DNA of 62,798 bases, counting the filler, from Choristocarpus tenellus KU-1152 (lineage: Eukaryota > Protista > Phaeophyceae): assembly GCA_964200185.2 (NCBI GenBank). It is 7 parts of 7 records of this genome, joined end to end, with 100 filler letters (N's around TTAATTAATTAA, not from the genome) between each part and the next. Parts side by side here need not be neighbours in the genome. Positions count along the whole stretch, not along the records: positions 55,084 to 59,696 come from CAXNAD020013795.1; positions 59,797 to 62,798 come from CAXNAD020023019.1; 5 more parts are not named here. The stretch is one strand, 5' to 3'. Position 1 is the first letter of the stretch. Each line of letters begins with the position of its first letter. The notes beneath the pieces were generated by a model. That model made no database searches, was not told the origin of the DNA, and was given only the letters and a program-made list of their open reading frames with translations. The position numbers and the translations under genes are program-made. Shown one piece after another: positions 56,072 to 62,798 of this stretch.

Positions 56072-57619
56072 ATGGCAATCCACCCATCGACCTCCTCGCG
56101 CAGGAAGGGTGCCCAAATATCCCTGAATACCAACGTTGCGCTTGCAGTGCGGCACGCCCTAGCGATGATCCCTGGTGAGCATAAACTGCCGCGACACGTT
56201 GGGCCGGCCCTCGTGGCAGAGTATGAAGTGTCTGAGCGTTACATGCGAGGACTCTGGGAGGACGTCGCCGATCAACTCGCCCGTGGCCATATGCTTGACC
56301 TAGGGGTGGCGGCGTGTAGTGGGCGGCCTTCAGAGCCCACATCAACCAAGATGACCGCAATATATAGTATCAACTCCGACAATCGGTCATTCACAGTGCG
56401 TTAGGTGACAATGAAGATGGCCGCCAATGGGCTAAATTATAGCACGAGCACCATAAACAGGTGGTTGGATGATATGGGGGCCATGCCGAATCGCCCCTGG
56501 ATCAAACCCAAGCTTAAAACGTGTCAAAATGTATGTGGAATGGACTTTGTTTGCGATCAAGGGGACTGGAAACGTGGTGTGTACGCCTTCATGGCGAACT
56601 TGGATGAAAGGGTTAGAGTATTTCCATATGAGGATGATAGCGACCTTTCAGGGTTCCCTATTATGCAGCACAAGAGTCATACCCCCAAAACCATGATCAT
56701 TGCAGCCAATGCCCGCGGCTCACAGCTTTGATAGAAAGATTGATATTTGGCGTGTGTGTGAGACAAAGTATCTTAGAGGGTAGAGCCGCGTCCGTTTGGG
56801 GGACAAAATGAAATGTTGCGATTTGAATGTGGTTGTGGCTGTCGTGTTAGGAAGTATCAATATCCTTGTTCCGGGCACACCTTTTCATAACATATACATT
56901 TTACCTACTCCTAAACATTTTAGAGTAGGAAAATGTCATAAAAAACCCCATGCGATCTAAGCCCCAAATGGACCAACAGGGAAAAACTCATATACCCTCT
57001 AAGATACTTTCACTCTGGGCGCCAAAAACGGCAGACAGGACAAGCAAGAACCATACAAAGGGGGATGTGTATGAGCAGGACTGTACGTTAGACAATTTGT
57101 GGTACAGGGAGTGGTACACGGCAGAGTTACTGCCTGCAATCAAGAGAGCAAGATGCCTTGGTTGCAGAGGAAGCACATTGTCATTCGGTAAGACGGTGTC
57201 ACCCCTACACGGGCAAGGGCAACTCAGAAATCTTTTCAGGGGCAGGGAAGACTGAGGGGTGGTCGATACGGCTTGTGATACAGCCATCTAACTCTCCCGA
57301 CCTCAATATCATGGACCTGTGCTTCTTCAGGTCTTTGAAATGCCGGGTGATGGGGGAGTGGTTTGGGTCCGCTGAGGAGATGATGAAGGTCATTAAGAAA
57401 CAGTATAATGAGTATGATGAAACCACACTTGAAAGAGCGTGGCAGCTCCTTTTTGTGGTGTACCATCAAGTACTTAGATACAAAGGGGGGAATGAGTTCA
57501 GTGTGGAGCGCACAGGGGCAAGGAAGAGGCATTTGTCTGGTGAGCTTGAAAACACGCTGAAGGTAGACATGGAGGCTTTTTCTGTGGCGGACAAAATTGT
57601 GATGGATGGGGAGTTATAA
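56072..57619 (+). pseudogene. Tc1/mariner-superfamily transposase (plant MLE / DD39D-like), inactivated by stops, frameshifts and a MITE insertion
   Basis: HTH region (KLPR..VSER..LW..SGRP; STINRWL), WIKPKL, NLDE, QHKSHTPKTMIIAANAR, IWRVC[MITE]APKTADRTSKNHTKG, IVIR*DG(V)TP, QPSNSPDLNIMDLCFFRSLK. Stop at 56402-56404 and several frameshifts. Confidence 0.9.
56760..57015 (+). mobile_element. MITE family A copy inserted into the mariner transposase
   Basis: Full TIRs; flanks TGT/TGG; interrupts the IWRVC|APKTADRTSKN motif. Confidence 0.92.
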
Positions 57620-58461
57620 TAATAATAAGACCAGAACCTAACCCGAAATTTGCCAAGGATTACAAATCTTCTTTCAGAAATGAATTTCATCAACATCTTC
57701 AAATGTTACGGACAACGCGGCACAGACTTATGACACGGTAGTAATATCACAAAATGTTTGCAATTTCAAGGACTCTTAACACAAAGTGCAACAAGGATAA
57801 CGTGTACTATTTTAAGAGCATTATATTTTGTTTTATGACACAACGTGTGTTACTTTGAAAGGGCAATACTATGTCATGCCTATTTCACTGACGACGAAAA
57901 CATATGTAGTCCCTGTAACACTCCAGTTCAAAACATGTGTAACACCGTGGAATGTAGTGCCTTTAACACCTCCAGACCAAATCATACACATGACATATCT
58001 TATGTATGTAACAGTTTCCAAAACGTTAACACAAAGTACTACCATAGTGTTTCAAGAGTGTAATGATGTCCAAGGTGTGAGTTTCCGAAAAATCATGGAG
58101 ATACGTTTTGTCATAATATGTTGATACAGAGTTGGGACTATAGTTTTTGTCTTATGGCCAAGTTCTGTGTGATGAGGGGTGATGAGAACCACCATAGATG
58201 AGGTTCAGGAAAGAAGTGAGAGATGGGGCTAAGACATGCTGGGCAAGGGTTGGGAGCCTCAGTGTAGCATGTTCCTTGATACTCACTATCACTGGCTGCG
58301 CCCTGTCAGGACAGAACACAGTCCCCGGCTTTGCTGGTTTCATTCCACTGTTCATGTGAGGATGAACGTGAATCGGTCATGTGTTTAAGCCACACCACAC
58401 CACGTGGACTGGCCTCAATAGTAAGTGTATAATGAATATCCCAAAATGGGACATCTCCTTG

Positions 58462-58700
58462 GAGTCAAAGTATCTTAGCGAGTAGAGCCTCGTCCGTTGC
58501 GATTTTGATATAATTTTGACTATCGTGTTTGTTAGTAAGTGTAAATATCCTTGTTCGAGACACACCTTGTCATAATTTTATACATGAAACCTACTCTAAA
58601 ACATACACATTTTCCTACTCCGAAATGTTTCGGAACAGGAAAATGCCATAAGAAACCCCGTGGGAAGCCAAGCCCCAAACGGACTAACAGGGCAAATCTC
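58462..58700 (+). mobile_element. MITE family A, rearranged or truncated copy
   Basis: Left TIR and interior present, small internal deletion and duplication, right TIR missing. Confidence 0.8.
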
Positions 58701-59027
58701 GTGTCTGTTACAGGCGATATCTGTTGATGGCGTTTTCATAAACACCATTATGACCTTGAAGTCCTAGATTTGATAGATTTGTACTTGCCTATTTATTTAT
58801 TTTTTAGTTCTTATCATGCCCCTAGATGGTACGTCGTTGCCAATTCCTTTTATGATGATATTGATACTTATGAAGGGAATGATCCAAGTGAGAGATCCAG
58901 CATACTTGATGACTTGTGCATTATGAGTCCTGTACGTGCGTCAGCGCCATCTGTAGGCTTGTGGACTGGAGCCATGTATCCCGTGGAGATAAGCTATGGA
59001 GCGTGCTGTAACATCAAGGTTCTACCA

Positions 59028-59596
59028 AGGGGAGAGTTTTGTTATGACATTCCCTATTTTATGTGATTGTTAGAATTTTTTTCTGTGTTTGAGACATTAC
59101 TCTTGTCTTGTATTGTTTGTGTTGGATAGTTGTGAAGGGGGAGAGTCTTGCTATGACACTCCCTACTTTGGTGATATTGTAAGGCATTTGTCATTATTTG
59201 ATTATACTACTATGTTCCTAGTTCCTAGAAAGGGTAAGCCTTTCCATGGCAGCACCCTACATATGTGACTTTGAGGCATTGTGTTGGTGTCCTATAGTTT
59301 GTGTTTATAGTTTTGAAGGGAGAGAGTCTATGGTGGTACCCTATTTCAATGCTATTGTGATTTAGCATCCATATTCATTTGATATTTGTGAGGGGGGAGA
59401 GTCTTGCTCTGACACTCCCTATTTTTCTGTTATTTTGAGAGACAATTTTTTTCGTTTATATGTTCCTAGTTCGTAGGGAGGACAAGTCTTTCTATGGCCG
59501 CACCATATTTTTGTTTGTGACTGTGAGGCATTGTCTTGTGTCCTTTAGTTTGTGTTATAGTTGGGAAGGGGAAAAGTCTATGGCAGTACCCTATTT
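59028..59596 (+). repeat. Array of seven ~30-nt hairpin motifs with ~250-bp higher-order periodicity
   Basis: AGGG(G)AGAGTC-ttgctat-GACACTCCCTA variants at 59028, 59136, 59231, 59317, 59391, 59475, 59567. Confidence 0.75.
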
Positions 59597-59625
59597 CAGT
59601 GCGATTGTGATTTTGTACCTGTATT

Positions 59626-59696
59626 GAGTGAAAGTATCTTAGAGGGTACGAGTTTTTCCCTGTTTGTCCATTTGGGACTTGGCTTCCCATGTTTTT
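59626..59696 (-). mobile_element. MITE family A end, cut by contig end
   Basis: ATT|GAGTGAAAGTATCTTAGAGGGTACG. Confidence 0.85.
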
Positions 59697-60904
59697 NNNN
59701 NNNNNNNNNNNNNNNNNNNNNNNNNNNNNNNNNNNNNNNNTTAATTAATTAANNNNNNNNNNNNNNNNNNNNNNNNNNNNNNNNNNNNNNNNNNNNCCAA
59801 ATGGACAGCCGCCACCCCCTCCCAGATACTTTGAGCCACAAGTCCAATTCTCCTGCCCATACCAAATTATCCTCTATTTTAATATATATTGTATTTTTTC
59901 TCTACAGATTAGAAGCCAAATTCACCCACTAGGATTTTCGCAGAGTAATCCTTTGGGGAACGAGATAGTAAACCGTCGAATTAAACCTTAACGGATTATT
60001 GATCTCATTAAAGAGTTATTCAATCGAAGCAACTGATATTTATCCCAGTCAATAAAAAAAACCCTTACATTGTACAAGGAGGACACTCACATGGTTTTGG
60101 CTAGGTGGTAGAGACGCTTGTTCGCTAGCATGTCACATTCTTGCGCTGCCTCAGTCGAAAGCCTTATCGTCAGGCAGAAACAGGGACTATATCGCCACAA
60201 CAGGACTTGCACGAATAGGTATATGTCAACCCTGTACTAGCAGCCCTTGCACCGATGCTTCAACCTGTTAACCCAGAACCCCTCGCACGCTGCCTGTGCA
60301 GCCTTAAAAAGCGAACCTCCTTCCGTTCCCAGCAAACACACTACCTCGTTCGTTCCCAAAAAAGCAAGGCATCAAAACCCGTTCGACCAGTCACATCCGT
60401 TCCCCAGCCTGTGCTTTGAGCCCCACCTGCTTTAGCCACAGACAGGACGAACGATAGAAGTCGGCACGATTTGGGCAAACGCTTACCTTCATCTTCTACC
60501 TCCACAAGACGAAGTCGACATATGGCTAAAGGCACACCAAGTTTGCTTTCATCATTCCCGTAGTCAAGACTGCTTCATGTCTATAACTGACGAGTGCAGG
60601 TATACGAAATGCCACTCGTTAGTTCCCCGAGGAATCCACTTATACCTTTTGGGAACCCACCGAAAACCTCAGGTTAATCAATCGACTGCAGAGTCTTGTA
60701 CGGTGGTAGCCTTAATAGAAACGCATCTACGATACCTAGCAGCGATGCAATACTCGAAACTCCCTACACTATCCGTGAGAAGCCCAACTGTTTCTGTGCA
60801 AATTACCTTGGGAGGTAGTGCTATTTCTCAGTAGTGAAGATAAGAGGGTGTGAAGCCTCACACGACCCCCCTTGCTGAACGTGAATAAGAATGGATGGTT
60901 GAAA

Positions 60905-61808
60905 TTAGAAGGAGCACGCTTGGTTTCCGTCGACTTTGTTGCTGCTGCCACCAGTTGGAGGTGGCGAAAATGTTCTGGGTGCCATCCCAGGCGGACGTGT
61001 TGCTGGCGGCTTTCCATTTAAGTATTGGTAGCAATTCTGCCATCGATGGTTCATCCTTGAACAATATCCACATTGGTTTGGTCTGAGACCACTTCCAGCT
61101 GATCCTTTGGTCTTCCGAGCATGGCCATTCTTCACATTGCCATGCATTGCTAATACTCCATCATGACCATCTTGACCCGAGTGAAGGTAAGTTGTCGACG
61201 AGATAACTGCTCGTTTGAGCTCCTCATAGCTGATGTCCGGGCGTGTTATCAATTGTGCGAAAACATGTGGCATTGGTTCCTTGATTCCAAGTAGTATAGA
61301 TGCCCTTTTTATGTTTTCGGATATAGGCTCCTTGAGCTCCTCGAATTCCGAAAATAGTCGTTCGAGTTTGACGACAAAATCGGTGCTGTCCTGAGACGCT
61401 GTGCACCGTAATTCGCGGAGTTTTGCCTCCAACGTGATTATTTGTACGGGGATTTCGTCCTCCGCGCGTCCACCGTAGACTCGTTCTAGTTCCAACCAAG
61501 CTCCTCTGCGGTCTGGTTGACCTCCATTTTCGTATTTCGCTACAATCGTGGATGCTGGTCCTTTCGTTGTTTGTAGAAGGAGGAACCACAATGCCTTGTT
61601 ATTCTTCGAGTATGTGGCATGTGCTGTACGCACTGCCTCTCCCGAGATGGTGGTGGGTGTTTCGGGAATCTCGTAGTCCCTTCTCGTAATCTCATACAAG
61701 CCCTTTCCACCAGCGTAGGCGATCAGTGACAGTCTCCAAGTTGACCAGGTCTCCAATGACCTTCCTGTCGCCCGTCCAGACAGCAAGTTTCTTCAGGTCA
61801 GTCTCCAT
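60905..61808 (-). CDS. gag: Copia Gag with CCHC zinc knuckle; probable frameshift near the N-terminus; truncated by the deletion
   Basis: 293-aa ORF with WSTWRLSL, RGAWLELERVYGG and CGYCSRMNHRWQNC (CX2CX4HX4C). The ATG at 61808 (METDLKKLAVWTGD) is in another frame; the stop lies within the fused LTR remnant. Confidence 0.85.
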
Positions 61809-61816
61809 ACTACTTA

Positions 61817-61827
61817 GGCTCATAACC
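61817..61827 (-). promoter_or_regulatory. Primer-binding site GGTTATGAGCC (copia-type, complementary to the internal half of initiator tRNA-Met)
   Basis: Directly abuts the LTR end (...ACA|GGTTATGAGCCT); matches the GGTTATGRGCC PBS known from Drosophila copia-type elements. Confidence 0.8.
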
Positions 61828-62174
61828 TGTGCAAATTACCTTGGGAGGTAATGCTATTTCTCAGTAGTGAAGATAAGAGGGTGTGAAGCCTCACACGACC
61901 CCCTTTGCTGAACGTGAAAAAGAATGGATTGGTTGAAATTAGAAGAGTGACCTTTGTGTGGTGTCTTCTCATTGCTTGTCTATTATTTATTTGTGCTTCC
62001 TATCGGAGTCAACGGTCATGTCAAAGTAGTTGAATGCAGAATAAATACCAATACATAATCCCATACATAATCTGGATGTGCTATTTTATTAGTTACATCA
62101 CATGGACTCAATTTAACACAATAATCTCATATACACAAAATAAGGTACACCTCACTATTGTCCTATTTTGCACA
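61828..62174 (-). repeat. 5' LTR (347 bp) of the copia element
   Basis: TG...CA ends with 8-bp inverted termini; PBS immediately internal; homologous copies at 60795-60911 and 39649-39983. Confidence 0.9.
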
Positions 62175-62640
62175 GTTTCGGACGTTGCAGAGTCGTCTTG
62201 AAGTTACACCATGGAGTCTGAGTTTCCAGTCATGTCATTCCATCTATAGACATTTAGACTTTGTTTTCACCTCGATAATATTTACCATGACACCGGCCTA
62301 TGCTACTACCCAAGTATCGACATATGCCCTGCCATGTCACCCACACAGAGTCCACTCGAGAATGCTTGCCCAGACCCTACTTGACACAGGTGCAGGTCTC
62401 ATCTATTTTTGTGAAAATTGCTTACCACAGCTCAACATGACAGGCAAAGGTACCTTACATGCAGCAAACCTCAGAGGGTGCAATATTCTACCAGTGCTGG
62501 TACTGAGGTCATGCAAACTTCTAATAGCGTTTTCCCCACAGGAAAAAGTGCGCAATATGACTTTTAGGATAATGGTGGGGCTGCCATACGAAATTATTTT
62601 TAGGTACAACATTTTGTAGACAGCACTAGAGTGAACTACC
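62175..62640 (+). pseudogene. Ty3/Gypsy gag-end and aspartic protease relic (host of the copia insertion; probably continues left of 60795)
   Basis: TLLDTGAG active-site motif followed by TFRIMVGLPYEIIF..NIL, typical of the retropepsin C-terminus. Confidence 0.65.
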
Positions 62641-62798
62641 ATTTAGAGAAGGTCAACGCTATCAACCATCACCACTGCCACCATGGGTACCTTTTGTCAA
62701 GATTCCAATACCTAGATCGAGCAGTAACAATGTACCCTTGTCAGACCTCAGCAAATGACATTGTGGTACAAAGAACCCGAAGTACCTGGGAGGGGGGG

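Larger units (their letters stand above)
60795..62174 (-). mobile_element. Ty1/copia LTR retrotransposon, internal-deletion derivative (5' LTR + PBS + gag + last ~117 nt of 3' LTR)
   Basis: TGTGCAAA...TTTGCACA termini; identical 5-bp TSD GTTTC at 60790-60794 and 62175-62179; 60795-60911 nearly identical to the first ~120 nt of the LTR starting at 61828. Confidence 0.92.

Noticed and set aside
55576-56155. Divergent antisense gene head-to-head with the transposase
   Set aside because: The spliced product is short, has no recognisable motif and overlaps the inverted-repeat segment; probably chance ORFs.
55390-59066. Fanzor/TnpB cargo associated with the mariner element
   Set aside because: No RuvC-like or CxxC...CxxC motifs were found in the ORFs around the transposase.
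59028-59596. CRISPR array
   Set aside because: Repeats are too divergent, spacers recur with ~250-bp periodicity rather than being unique, no cas genes, eukaryotic context.

Overview
Eukaryotic, intron-rich, transposon-rich genomic DNA. A stramenopile, probably a brown alga, is inferred from gene architecture and element types. The window is not one locus: six 100-nt N44-TTAATTAATTAA-N44 linkers join seven contigs, so neighbouring blocks need not be linked in vivo. Host genes reconstructed by splice-site phase matching, all on the minus strand: a 19-exon NOP14 (954-15885, 3' end not found), a 5'-truncated GT41 (OGT/SPINDLY-type) glycosyltransferase gene (17138-28588), a 3-exon fragment of a USP9X/24/34-like deubiquitinase (51896-54112), and a large orphan exon with 7 x 33-aa repeats (47659-49332). 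Mobile DNA: two related MITE families with 3-bp TSDs, one copy nested in the other; a DD~40D mariner-like pseudogene split by a MITE; an internally deleted Ty1/copia element with intact TSD and a half-tRNA-type PBS, inserted into a Gypsy relic; an unclassified 1.7-kb element with GGTACC termini; and further degenerate Gypsy, copia and LINE relics. The least explained structures are the GGTACC-ended element and a 7-unit hairpin array with apparent compensatory changes (59028-59596). No CRISPR or Fanzor-type system is supported.
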